Of a DNA stretch of 64,000 nt, positions 1 to 9,213 are shown one piece after another; position 1 is the stretch's first letter; every line of letters starts with the position of its first letter. The position numbers and the translations under genes are program-made. Source of the stretch: an uncultured Roseivirgaceae bacterium (lineage in GTDB: Bacteria > Bacteroidota > Bacteroidia > Cytophagales > Cyclobacteriaceae). A model generated the notes under the pieces. The model had not been told where the DNA came from and searched no databases. It was given only the letters and a program-made list of their open reading frames with translations. The DNA lies in NCBI GenBank assembly GCA_964597075.1, contig CAZQXC010000001.1, positions 4,907 through 68,906 on the forward strand, written 5' to 3'.

Positions 1-2
1 AA

Positions 3-1313
3 GGCTACACACTGAGTGCCGATGGTAAAACCATTTACATCACTTCCATTAAATCGGGAGGCGTTGGCGGATTTGATATCTGGGCAGGAAGTTTAACAGG
101 AAATTCCTGGAGCGATCTGCAAAACATGTATGCACCCATCAACTCCAAACTTCATGAGGGTTCGCCTACCTTCACCCCTGATGGAGCAACCCTGTATTTT
201 ATGCGTTGTGAAAAAATGGACGCTCAAAAAGCTGAGCGTTGCAAGATTATGGTTACAAAAAAAGCTCCCAACGGAAGGTGGGAGGAGCCTGTAGAACTTC
301 CCGCCCACATTAATACTGGAAATTCACAAACACCTCGCATTTCTGCTGATGGTAGTGTGTTGATTTTTTCTTCTGATGTCATAAAGCCTAATAAGGGCGG
401 AATGGATTTATACGTAAGTCGATTGGTGAATGGGGAGTGGTCAAATCCTGAACACATGGATTTCATAAATACTGAAAAAGATGATCAGTTTGTTAGTTCT
501 GTTTCCAATGGCCGTTACATACTAAAAGATGCACCGGGTAAGTTCAAAAGCGAAATTATTGAGTTCCTTGTCCCCGAACCTTGGCGGCCCCGGGCAGTTA
601 TGAAAGTTGAGGGCCAAATTTTAGGGCAAAACGGATCGCCCATACCCGCCTATATTTCCGCAACTGATTTAACTACGCGTAAACGATTCTTTAGCGGCAG
701 ACCTGATAAAGATGGCAACTATTTTCTATACCTCACGCAGGGAAATAAGTATGAACTTTCTATTGACCCGGAAGAAAGTCATTTTACATTTTACTCGAGG
801 ATGTTTGATATGACGGTTGAAGAAAGTCCTTTGATTCAAAAAGTAAGCACGGTACTTAAACCGATTGCTGTAGGCGATGTAATAGACCTTGACGGGATTC
901 AGTTTAAACCCTTCACGTCTGAGCCTGATGATGTTGGCTTTGAAATTCAGCGCCTGTCGCGATTGATTAAAAGCTCACCGCAACTAAGTTTTGAGTTGCA
1001 GGTTTCGCTTGTCGGTTATCAGGAGGATTCCATCCGTTCTCATCCTGACCTTACCGAAATTTCGATTGACAGTGTTATCATTCAGCTGGATGATATAGAT
1101 ACCCTTGGTCAACTCTATTCGCGCGATAGTGTTGTTGTGAAGACTACTAATCACAACAACCGGACAGAAAAACAAGCGCTTGCTTTGGTTGAGCAACTTG
1201 TAGCTTCAGGTATTGATCGCTCAGCATTAGGCTATAGTATAAATCTAAAATCAGAAGCAATACTCGAAAACAGAAAAACCCTGGTTCGGCTTTTGGTAAA
1301 AAGAAAAGATTAA
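3..1313 (+). CDS. PD40/TolB-like beta-propeller repeat protein, 5'-truncated by the window edge
   Basis: Frame 3 is open from nt 3 (GYTLSADGKTIYITS...) into listed ORF 126..1313. It has repeated PD40-type motifs (SADGKTIY, TPDGATLYF, ISADGSVLIFSS). The architecture resembles 22713..24746. Confidence 0.6.
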   Translation, partial: GYTLSADGKTIYITSIKSGGVGGFDIWAGSLTGNSWSDLQNMYAPINSKLHEGSPTFTPDGATLYFMRCEKMDAQKAERCKIMVTKKAPNGRWEEPVELPAHINTGNSQTPRISADGSVLIFSSDVIKPNKGGMDLYVSRLVNGEWSNPEHMDFINTEKDDQFVSSVSNGRYILKDAPGKFKSEIIEFLVPEPWRPRAVMKVEGQILGQNGSPIPAYISATDLTTRKRFFSGRPDKDGNYFLYLTQGNKYELSIDPEESHFTFYSRMFDMTVEESPLIQKVSTVLKPIAVGDVIDLDGIQFKPFTSEPDDVGFEIQRLSRLIKSSPQLSFELQVSLVGYQEDSIRSHPDLTEISIDSVIIQLDDIDTLGQLYSRDSVVVKTTNHNNRTEKQALALVEQLVASGIDRSALGYSINLKSEAILENRKTLVRLLVKRKD

Positions 1314-1873
1314 GGGAGCTGATAGGAGAATGGAATAGCCACCACGGTTTTGTCCCACAGCAAGACCATCTCGGCTTCCTCACCCATTTTATCGAACTGA
1401 ATGGTAAACTGTTCAAATTCGTTCTCCTGAATAATTGCTGCTGCAGTAATCGTCAGAACATCTAAAGAAGAATCGCGATTTGGTTCGCCTTTGCTATTTA
1501 CACCCCATTGTCCATGTTGCGCATTAAAAATTATTTGCCACGATGTCGTATCAGGTATAGTCCAAAAACTGTATTTACCCGGAGTTAGTTTTTTTCCCGC
1601 CAACATAATCGTTTTATTGGTTTCAAATACCGTGGCCTCATTGGCGCCAGTTCTCCAAACTTTTCCATAAGGAACAAGACTGCCAAAAATTTCTCTGTCT
1701 TTTTTATAGGGTCTGTTATAGAATACCCTGATTTTGAAATCACCGTCAAAAAAAGTCACTACTTCTTCAGGACTAAACGACTTAGTCTGTTTAAGTCGGA
1801 CTGTATTGACCACCGACCATAAAATAACAATCAGTACTACCCCGATTGCCGAAAAGATTAAGAATTTCTTCAT
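1310..1873 (-). CDS. DUF2911-family secreted protein
   Basis: I placed the start at the ATG at 1873 (MKKFLIFSAIGVVLIV signal/anchor). The motif YNRPYKKDREIFGSLVPYGKVWRTGANEATVFE is typical of DUF2911, recalled from memory. Confidence 0.6.
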   Translation of the reverse strand: MKKFLIFSAIGVVLIVILWSVVNTVRLKQTKSFSPEEVVTFFDGDFKIRVFYNRPYKKDREIFGSLVPYGKVWRTGANEATVFETNKTIMLAGKKLTPGKYSFWTIPDTTSWQIIFNAQHGQWGVNSKGEPNRDSSLDVLTITAAAIIQENEFEQFTIQFDKMGEEAEMVLLWDKTVVAIPFSYQLP

Positions 1874-2000
1874 GCCTGAGTTATTGAGTGCTTCAAAGAA
1901 GCTACAAAACAACCATTAAAACTGTTAAACAAATTTCAATTCTTTATGTGAAAGTTACACGAATAGGCTTTATTTTTACAGTTCGATTAAAAACATTGAT

Positions 2001-2120
2001 ATGGATGCTTCCTGGATGCCCTTTTACGTAGTAATTGCCCTCTTTGTTCTTGCCATTGTCTCTCCTTGGATTTTCCCTAACAAAATGGTTAGTAAGAATA
2101 AACACGATAACAAGTTCTAA
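2001..2120 (+). CDS. Possible 39-aa single-TM small protein
   Basis: An ATG..TAA ORF (MDASWMPFYVVIALFVLAIVSPWIFPNKMVSKNKHDNKF) lies in the 223-nt gap upstream of the LOG gene. It has a hydrophobic core. It is too short for the ORF track, and nothing else supports it. Confidence 0.2.
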   Translation: MDASWMPFYVVIALFVLAIVSPWIFPNKMVSKNKHDNKF

Positions 2121-2135
2121 TTCACCCGACCTGAA

Positions 2136-2669
2136 ATGAATATCTGTGTTTTCTGCGGTTCAGGCGTAGGAAACAAATCAATTTATGCAGAAACTGCCCG
2201 AGAGCTGGGTTTCTTACTAGCACTGAAGGGATACACACTTGTTTATGGTGGCGGGAATATTGGATTAATGGGTATTTTGGCCGATGCCATTCTTGAAAAA
2301 AAGGGTGCTGTCATAGGTGTAATCCCCGACTTCCTGATGAAGAAAGAAGTAGGCCATACCGGACTAACACAGCTCGAAATTGTTTCCAGTATGCACGAAC
2401 GAAAACGAAGAATGGCCGACCTGGCAGATGCTTTCCTGGTTCTACCGGGTGGGTGGGGTACACTAGACGAAACTGCTGAAATACTAACCTGGAAACAACT
2501 AGGGCTGATTCATCAACCCCTGGCATTGTTAAATATCGATGGTTTTTTTGATACCCTCCTCGCCCAAATGAACACGATGGTTGAGGCAGGATTTCTAAAA
2601 TCAGAAAATAAGGATCTTGTAAAGACTGGAAAAACCCCTGAACAGGTTTTACAACTACTACTACCCTAA
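2136..2669 (+). CDS. LOG-family (TIGR00730) nucleotide phosphoribohydrolase
   Basis: GGGNIGLMG and PGGWGTLDE motifs, with a size of 177 aa. Confidence 0.85.
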   Translation: MNICVFCGSGVGNKSIYAETARELGFLLALKGYTLVYGGGNIGLMGILADAILEKKGAVIGVIPDFLMKKEVGHTGLTQLEIVSSMHERKRRMADLADAFLVLPGGWGTLDETAEILTWKQLGLIHQPLALLNIDGFFDTLLAQMNTMVEAGFLKSENKDLVKTGKTPEQVLQLLLP

Positions 2670-2726
2670 ACAGGGCTAGTTTTCGATCAACAAATTTCCC
2701 TAACTTTCGTTTGAAGAGGGGCTGTT

Positions 2727-3962
2727 ATGATTCGTGCTATTGGTTTATTTTTCTTTTACTTTCCTTTCATTCTTTTGGCACAAAACCAAAATTTAGGTTT
2801 CCATATTGCTGAGGGAAAGAAGAAGGTTCAGATCCCTATTGAAATTCAAAACAACTTAATTGTTGTTCGGGTTATCTTGAACGATGTGATTCCGCTAAAG
2901 TTTATCGTTGATACCGGGGTTCGTACTTCTATTCTTACCCAAAAATCATTTGCAGACATTTTACAGCTTCAGTATAGTCGGAAATATACACTAACCGCCC
3001 CGGGAGGTGAAAAGCTAATTGATGCTTATGTTGCTAACAATGTTTCATTAACACTTCCTGGAGTTGTCGGAAAGGGTCACGCCTTGTTGGTTCTTGATGA
3101 AGATTATCTGGAATTACGCAACCATCTTGGTACAGATGTTCATGGCGTGTTGGGCTACGAACTTTTTAGTCGCTTTATTATAAAAGTAGATTATCAACGT
3201 AAAATTATGACGTTAATGTGGCCTGAAAAATTCAGGCCCCGTAAAAATTACGAAATGATTCCCATTCGTATTCAGGATACAAAACCATATTTACTCGCCC
3301 CCATTAGCATTTTTGCTGAACATTCACTCAATGCTAAACTGCTTGTTGATACTGGTGCAAGTCATGGGCTTATGCTGGAACCGGAGACTGATACCAGGAT
3401 TAATTTGCCGGAAAAAACTTTAAATAATATTATTGGACGAGGGCTTGGTGGAGAAATTACGGGGAAAACAGGACGCATTGAATCCCTTGAGTTAGGTAAC
3501 TATACTATCCATAAAGCGCTGGCAAACTTTCCCGATTCGAACAGCTACTATTCAGATTCACTTAAACATCATCGTGTTGATCGTAACGGAACCTTGGGTG
3601 GTGAAATTCTAAGTCGTTTTATAGTAATCTTTAACTTCCCACATGAAAAGATTTACCTTAAAAAAAACAGCGAGTTCAAAAAACAATTTTATTTTAATCT
3701 CAGCGGACTTAATGTAAAGGCCAAAGGCTCTTCATTAAATGTTTTTGAAATAACCAATGTTCGTGTACACTCTACTGCCGATAGAGCAGGTGTTCTGCGA
3801 GGCGATCTTATTGCCAGTATAAATGGTATCGTTGTAAAAGAACTTCACTTGAACCAAATTAATGGATTATTAAATTCCAAACCTGGAAAAAAAATTAGAC
3901 TAGAGGTAAGACGAGAGGGTACATTAAAAACAATTGAATTTAGGCTGGAGGATCAGATTTAG
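2727..3962 (+). CDS. Secreted tandem retropepsin-like aspartyl protease with C-terminal PDZ domain
   Basis: Signal peptide, followed by two D-T-G motifs (FIVDTGVRTS and LLVDTGASHG). The C-terminal GVLRGDLIASINGIVV segment is PDZ-like. Confidence 0.7.
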   Translation: MIRAIGLFFFYFPFILLAQNQNLGFHIAEGKKKVQIPIEIQNNLIVVRVILNDVIPLKFIVDTGVRTSILTQKSFADILQLQYSRKYTLTAPGGEKLIDAYVANNVSLTLPGVVGKGHALLVLDEDYLELRNHLGTDVHGVLGYELFSRFIIKVDYQRKIMTLMWPEKFRPRKNYEMIPIRIQDTKPYLLAPISIFAEHSLNAKLLVDTGASHGLMLEPETDTRINLPEKTLNNIIGRGLGGEITGKTGRIESLELGNYTIHKALANFPDSNSYYSDSLKHHRVDRNGTLGGEILSRFIVIFNFPHEKIYLKKNSEFKKQFYFNLSGLNVKAKGSSLNVFEITNVRVHSTADRAGVLRGDLIASINGIVVKELHLNQINGLLNSKPGKKIRLEVRREGTLKTIEFRLEDQI

Positions 3963-4444
3963 TTCACCAGTTTCAATAGTTCGCGTTTTCTTTTAGTATA
4001 AGCCTTCATTAGTAATTGTCGCATTCGCTTAAATTTTAAAGAGTTTTTCAGCACAATCAAGATTGACGTTGAAGTAAGGTTTTGTTTGAGTAAATAATCG
4101 GCAATATCATTGGTAAAGGCCGACTCACTGTAGTTTGAATTTTTCAAAACCGTTATAGGAATATCCCGTGTTTTGGGATTTGAAGACAGTACACTCACTG
4201 CCTGAGTCAATTCGTGATACCCAATGTTATCATCAATCAAGATATAGTGTGGCTTGAACTTAAGTAGTCTTTTCCATATACTGGCAAGGTCAAAGGCTGT
4301 TTCAGTATTAATAAGGCGATGCGGTAATCCCTTTATGGTATTTAGCACTGCACTCAATTCAATGGGATTATTACCAACCAAAAGGATATTAGTAGTTTGA
4401 TTTGAGGTCTCTGAATTGAATTTTCCCTTTACCATACCCAGCAA
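3959..4444 (-). CDS. Stand-alone atypical receiver (REC)-like protein
   Basis: REC-like layout (ILLVGNNP...YILIDDNIG...ITVLKNS...DYLLKQ). The N-terminal acidic pair is replaced by G-N and there is no output domain. Its stop overlaps the protease stop in a convergent arrangement. Confidence 0.55.
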   Translation of the reverse strand: MLGMVKGKFNSETSNQTTNILLVGNNPIELSAVLNTIKGLPHRLINTETAFDLASIWKRLLKFKPHYILIDDNIGYHELTQAVSVLSSNPKTRDIPITVLKNSNYSESAFTNDIADYLLKQNLTSTSILIVLKNSLKFKRMRQLLMKAYTKRKRELLKLVN

Positions 4445-4558
4445 TGCTTAAACATAAAATCCACTCAAAAGGTTACCTTTTCATGATTACTTTTCCGGTA
4501 CTTTTCTTCCTTAGATTAGGCTTTGATTGAGCGGGTTTAATAATAGACAAAATTTATT

Positions 4559-5683
4559 TTGTACATAAAAAACGTCATAGTTGTTGGGGGGGGCTTAGCG
4601 GGGCTTATAGCCTCTATCAGGCTTGTTCGTGCGGGTATTGCCTGTACACTCATCGAGAAAAAAAAGTACCCCTTTCACCGGGTATGTGGCGAATACATCT
4701 CCCACGAAACATTACCTTTTTTAAAACGAGAAGTACTCTTCCCTGAACGTTTTTGCCCACCCAGTATTAATCAGTTTCAATTGAGTTCGGTAAGTGGAAA
4801 ATCGACAAAACTTTCATTGGATTTAGGTGGGTTTGGCATCAGTAGGTTTACCCTGGATCATTTTCTATACCAAAAAGCCATTCAAGAAGGAGTACATGTA
4901 GTGCTCCGGGAGGAAGTTGAACTCGTTACATACCTTGAGTCTGAGGATGCTTTTAAAGTAAAGACTGATCGGCAGGAATTTTCGGCCACACAGGTTATTG
5001 GCACATTTGGAAAGCGGTCTAAAATGGATAGTGTGTTGAAACGGAGATTTATGGAGAAAAGATCGCCTTATGTAGGGGTAAAGTATCATGTTCGAACTCA
5101 GCATCCAGATGATCTAATAGCCTTACACAATTTCAATGGAGGGTATTGCGGCATCAGTAATATTGAAGATGGAAAAACAAACATTTGCTACCTGGTCCAT
5201 CGTGATCAGGTAAAACGATTTAAAGGAATTCGCGAAATGGAGGAACATGTACTTTTTCAAAATCCATTTCTAAAATCTATATTTCACTCATCTGATTTTC
5301 TTTTTGATAAACCGGAAACCATTAATGAGATCTCGTTTGAAACAAAAGAACCTATTGTAAATCATGTACTCATGGCTGGTGACGCTGCAGGTATGATTGC
5401 TCCATTGTGTGGAAATGGAATGGCAATGGCCATTCATGCAGGAAAAATAGTGAGCGATATTATTATTCAATCTAAAAGAGAGAATCACTCACGAATATGG
5501 ATTGAATCAACATATGCTGACCGATGGGCATCAACTTTTGCCGGGCGATTACGTACCGGTAGACTAATTCAAAATTATCTTTTTGGAAATGAATGGTCAT
5601 CGCGTATTGCTGTTAACCTTGCCGTACACTCCCGGTGGCTAGCCAATCAAATTATCAAAAAAACACATGGTGTTGTCTTCTGA
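4559..5683 (+). CDS. FAD-dependent oxidoreductase (geranylgeranyl-reductase-like or flavin monooxygenase-like)
   Basis: Rossmann GGGLAGL...LIEKK motif, RVCGEYIS, and a GDAAGMIAPLCGNG FAD-binding motif. The start is TTG at 4559, with no nearby ATG. Confidence 0.75.
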   Translation: MYIKNVIVVGGGLAGLIASIRLVRAGIACTLIEKKKYPFHRVCGEYISHETLPFLKREVLFPERFCPPSINQFQLSSVSGKSTKLSLDLGGFGISRFTLDHFLYQKAIQEGVHVVLREEVELVTYLESEDAFKVKTDRQEFSATQVIGTFGKRSKMDSVLKRRFMEKRSPYVGVKYHVRTQHPDDLIALHNFNGGYCGISNIEDGKTNICYLVHRDQVKRFKGIREMEEHVLFQNPFLKSIFHSSDFLFDKPETINEISFETKEPIVNHVLMAGDAAGMIAPLCGNGMAMAIHAGKIVSDIIIQSKRENHSRIWIESTYADRWASTFAGRLRTGRLIQNYLFGNEWSSRIAVNLAVHSRWLANQIIKKTHGVVF

Positions 5684-5717
5684 CATTCGATGACCAGAAC
5701 TTTGAAATGTAGGGCAT

Positions 5718-6611
5718 TTATTTAAAAGCATCCAGTACGTTACTGCTGTCTAGAAAAAACCAAATGAAGAAAATAGTAAGACATGTAGCTGAAATAAAAT
5801 TCAGCCACATGGTGTGTGAAAAATCAGCCTTCGACTCATCTTTCAAAACTTTTAAAAACCAATAGAGGAAAAACAGCAATACAGGTGAGAGTGCAAAAAG
5901 AAATTGCCAAGCATACTTAGGGTGATAGTAATAAATAAAATAATAGAGGAAGCCTATTACAGCCAGGGTAAACAATAAGGCTGTAAAATAAAATGTACCG
6001 CGGATGCCAAGCTTTAAGCTAAGTGTAATATCGCCTCGTTTTCTGTCCTCTACATGCTGATATACTTGTGTCATCGGATAGTTGCCCAGCAACATAAGCG
6101 AAGTGAGCAAGGCCGGTGTTATCACATGAGGCTTTAAGACCGTCTCAAGTAAAAAGTCGTTAATGCCTACATAACACATCATAAAGGTGAAGAAGCCCTG
6201 AAAAACTCCTGTTGTAACCCATCCAGCAACAGGGTATTTCTTTAACCGGATAGCCGGGTGACTGTAGGCTTTTGAGATAAGGCCGTAAATGAAAACCATA
6301 AAGGCAAACAACAGGCTGATTTTCCAATACGCCAACACGATGGCAATTACATCAAACAACAACGCCAGGTAATAAAGGCCTTTGCTAACCGGGGGAGGAT
6401 TTTTAAGTCCGCCAATGCTCTTTTCATCCTTATCAAAATAGCTGTTATAGCCATTACTGGCCGGATATAGAAATAGGTGGATTATGAGGAAAACCCATAA
6501 CAAACGCTCGCCATTCAGGTTTGGAGAAGGGGCAACACTAAAAAGAAAAACAGGAAGCAGGAAATACGAAAAATGAATGCGCAGGTGCAACCAGGATGAC
6601 AATGACAGCAT
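5718..6611 (-). CDS. UbiA-family aromatic prenyltransferase (polytopic membrane protein)
   Basis: About 8 hydrophobic helices and Asp-rich motifs (NGYNSYFDKDE and YQHVEDRKRGD). I re-picked the start to the ATG at 6611, because the longer ORF (to 6953) would overlap the PKS gene on the other strand. Confidence 0.75.
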   Translation of the reverse strand: MLSLSSWLHLRIHFSYFLLPVFLFSVAPSPNLNGERLLWVFLIIHLFLYPASNGYNSYFDKDEKSIGGLKNPPPVSKGLYYLALLFDVIAIVLAYWKISLLFAFMVFIYGLISKAYSHPAIRLKKYPVAGWVTTGVFQGFFTFMMCYVGINDFLLETVLKPHVITPALLTSLMLLGNYPMTQVYQHVEDRKRGDITLSLKLGIRGTFYFTALLFTLAVIGFLYYFIYYYHPKYAWQFLFALSPVLLFFLYWFLKVLKDESKADFSHTMWLNFISATCLTIFFIWFFLDSSNVLDAFK

Positions 6612-6686
6612 ATTTGACTTAGGTGAGATGAATTTGTTCTTATGAAGTAAACTAAAATTACTCTTTTTTGCTTTATTATTGATAGT

Positions 6687-7793
6687 ATGAGCTTTATTAC
6701 CTCTATCGGCATTGCCGTTCCGCCACATCAATTCCATCAGGACATTATCTCCGGTTTTATGGAAAAAGTCATGCAACCAGACTATGCGGGTGGAAGAAAG
6801 CTCAAAACATTTTTCAAATACAGCGGCATTGACACCCGTCACTCGGTGCTTGACGATTACGGAAAACAAGCCGATTTTAGCTTTTATCCTAACACGAAAG
6901 ATCTTGAACCATTTCCATCCACTGAAAAGCGGCTGCTGGAATATCGTAAACACGCCTTACCGCTTTGTGTTGAAGCAACGACTAATTGCTTTCATAATGA
7001 TGCATCACCAGCGGTCATGAAAGAGGTAACCCACCTGATTGTGGTAAGCTGTACGGGTATGTATGCCCCAGGGCTTGATATTGATCTTGTGAAATCGCTG
7101 GGGCTTCGTGAAGACGTGCAGCGCACATGCATAAACTTTATGGGATGCTATGCTGCCTTTAATGCCTTAAAAGTAGCTAATGCTATTTGCCAGAGTGAGG
7201 CTAAGGCCAACGTTCTTATTGTTTGTGTCGAGTTGTGCACGCTGCATTTTCAAAAAGAGCCTACAGAAGATAACATGCTGGCCAATGCGCTGTTTGCCGA
7301 TGGTGCTACCGCTATGCTTATAAAACCTAAAACAACTCCGGGATGGAATTTCTCGCTTGAGATTTTTCATAATGCTCTCGCTTTTAATGGAAAAGAACAC
7401 ATGGCCTGGAGTGTTGGCAATCTGGGTTTTGAGATGAAACTCTCCACCTATGTGCCTGATGTTATCCGGGTCGGCATTAAAAATTTAACAGCTTCATTGC
7501 TCGAAAAGGTTGGTAAGAACATCAACGAAGTAAAACATTTCGCCATACACCCGGGTGGAAAAAAGATTCTTGAAGTAATTGAACAAGAGTTGGGTATTAC
7601 GAAAGATCAGAACATTCCCGCTTACACAATTCTAAAAAAGTATGGAAACATGTCCTCCGCCACGGTGGTCTTTGTATTAAATCATATTCTGAATCAGCTT
7701 AAAAAAGGTGATGAAAATCAATCCGTATTAAGCTTTGCCTTTGGTCCGGGCTTAACGTTGGAAAGCATGCTGCTTAACATTCATTATGCATGA
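6687..7793 (+). CDS. Type III polyketide synthase (chalcone/stilbene synthase superfamily)
   Basis: The Cys-His-Asn triad is present in its usual contexts: FMGCYAAFNAL, FAIHPGGKKIL and YGNMSSATVVFVL. Confidence 0.9.
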   Translation: MSFITSIGIAVPPHQFHQDIISGFMEKVMQPDYAGGRKLKTFFKYSGIDTRHSVLDDYGKQADFSFYPNTKDLEPFPSTEKRLLEYRKHALPLCVEATTNCFHNDASPAVMKEVTHLIVVSCTGMYAPGLDIDLVKSLGLREDVQRTCINFMGCYAAFNALKVANAICQSEAKANVLIVCVELCTLHFQKEPTEDNMLANALFADGATAMLIKPKTTPGWNFSLEIFHNALAFNGKEHMAWSVGNLGFEMKLSTYVPDVIRVGIKNLTASLLEKVGKNINEVKHFAIHPGGKKILEVIEQELGITKDQNIPAYTILKKYGNMSSATVVFVLNHILNQLKKGDENQSVLSFAFGPGLTLESMLLNIHYA

Positions 7794-8509
7794 GTTTGTT
7801 CTCAACGCGATCAGATAAGGAAGAAATAATGGATGACCTCGGCTGCTCCGGGGAAGTGGTACATCAAACCTTGCGCGAACTTGAATTTATAAATCACTGG
7901 TTAGGTGGAAACAAGGTAACCGTAAGCGGGCTTGTTCTGCTGATCTCAGAAAATATTACAGACCAAAAGCTTTCGATTGCCGATCTGGGTTGCGGTAGCG
8001 GGGAAATGTTAAAACTGGTCTATGGTAACCTTAAAGATCAGCCCATCTATTTGCAATTAATTGGCATTGATGCAAATCCTCATATTACTTCGTATGCTAA
8101 AATAAATTGTGAACCCGTGGGTTCTATTTCCTTTCAGACTAAAAACATCCTGGACGTATCCTTTCAACAGGAAGAATATGATGTCATACTGGCTACACTT
8201 TTCCTGCATCATTTTTCAACCCACCAACTTATTGAAATCTTCAAGAGGCTGAAAAAACAAGCCAGAATTGGAGTTGTGGTTAACGATCTGCATCGACATC
8301 CTCTAGCCTACTATTCCATCAAACTCTTAACGCGCCTGTTCTCTAAATCATCTATGGTTAAATATGATGCCCCCCTTTCGGTTCTACGTGGTTTTCGTAA
8401 AAAAGAGCTCGTGGAAATTCTTCAGGCGGCAGGCATCCGGAAATATACCCTCACCTGGAGGTGGGCCTTCCGGTGGCAAATCATTATTCCTGCACAGCAT
8501 GGCCTTTAA
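7790..8509 (+). CDS. Class I SAM-dependent methyltransferase
   Basis: Motif I is IADLGCGSGE. An ATGA start/stop overlap with the PKS gene suggests translational coupling. Confidence 0.8.
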   Translation: MSLFSTRSDKEEIMDDLGCSGEVVHQTLRELEFINHWLGGNKVTVSGLVLLISENITDQKLSIADLGCGSGEMLKLVYGNLKDQPIYLQLIGIDANPHITSYAKINCEPVGSISFQTKNILDVSFQQEEYDVILATLFLHHFSTHQLIEIFKRLKKQARIGVVVNDLHRHPLAYYSIKLLTRLFSKSSMVKYDAPLSVLRGFRKKELVEILQAAGIRKYTLTWRWAFRWQIIIPAQHGL

Positions 8510-8556
8510 GCTTGGCACAATTTTCGTACTTTCGGAATACAATTAACCTTACAACT

Positions 8557-9117
8557 ATGACCCTATTGCGTAAACTACCTCTAGCTATTCTAATTCTTGT
8601 TGTGGCGGCCTGTTCCTCAGGTGTTTTGGGGAAAAAGGTAAAAGAGCCATTTTCCGGCAATGCCTATAAATCCAATAACCGCTTTTGGCGTGGTACTGGT
8701 AAGGGTGCCAGTTCGCAAGATAATATTGCCCGTGGCAAGGCGGATATTGATGCAAAGGCACAATTAGCCGGACAAGTAAATACAACCATGAAACAGGTGG
8801 CTGATCAGTACCTTGGTCAAACTGAAAATGCTCAGGCTGCAGATGTAGCGGATAAATTCCAGAGTCTTGTGCGGCAGATCATGAACACCAACATTTCTGA
8901 TCTTCGTAAAATAGGAGAAGAAAAATACTACAATGAAAAAGCTAACGAATACACTGTATTTATGGCCTACGAAATCAAGAAAAACGCGATGCTTCGATTT
9001 ATGAAAAGACAAGCGAAAGTAGATGAGACCATCAATGAACGACAGCGTGATCTCATCGAGAAAATAATTGATGAAGAACTTAGCAAACTTGAAGAGGAGG
9101 AAGGAGAAGAAAATTAA
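8557..9117 (+). CDS. Putative lipoprotein with acidic coiled-coil C-terminus
   Basis: I re-picked the start to the ATG at 8557. It has a lipobox-like LVVAACSS and an EEEGEEN tail. Confidence 0.5.
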   Translation: MTLLRKLPLAILILVVAACSSGVLGKKVKEPFSGNAYKSNNRFWRGTGKGASSQDNIARGKADIDAKAQLAGQVNTTMKQVADQYLGQTENAQAADVADKFQSLVRQIMNTNISDLRKIGEEKYYNEKANEYTVFMAYEIKKNAMLRFMKRQAKVDETINERQRDLIEKIIDEELSKLEEEEGEEN

Positions 9118-9143
9118 GTTAGGATAACGACAGTGCTATCTTG

Positions 9144-9177
9144 AAAAAAGATCTGATACATCGTCAGATCTTTTTTT
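9144..9177. terminator. Bidirectional rho-independent terminator
   Basis: AAAAAAGATCTGA-tacatcg-TCAGATCTTTTTTT sits between convergent genes. Confidence 0.65.
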
Positions 9178-9213
9178 AGTGCATTACGAAAGCGATTATT
9201 CAAATTAATTTTC

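Noticed and set aside
6612-6953. The ORF track gives a 411-aa version of the UbiA gene, whose N-terminus overlaps the type III PKS gene on the opposite strand.
   Set aside because: The extra 114 residues are non-hydrophobic run-through antisense to a well-supported CDS. An ATG at 6611 immediately precedes the first TM helix and leaves a sensible 75-nt divergent promoter gap.
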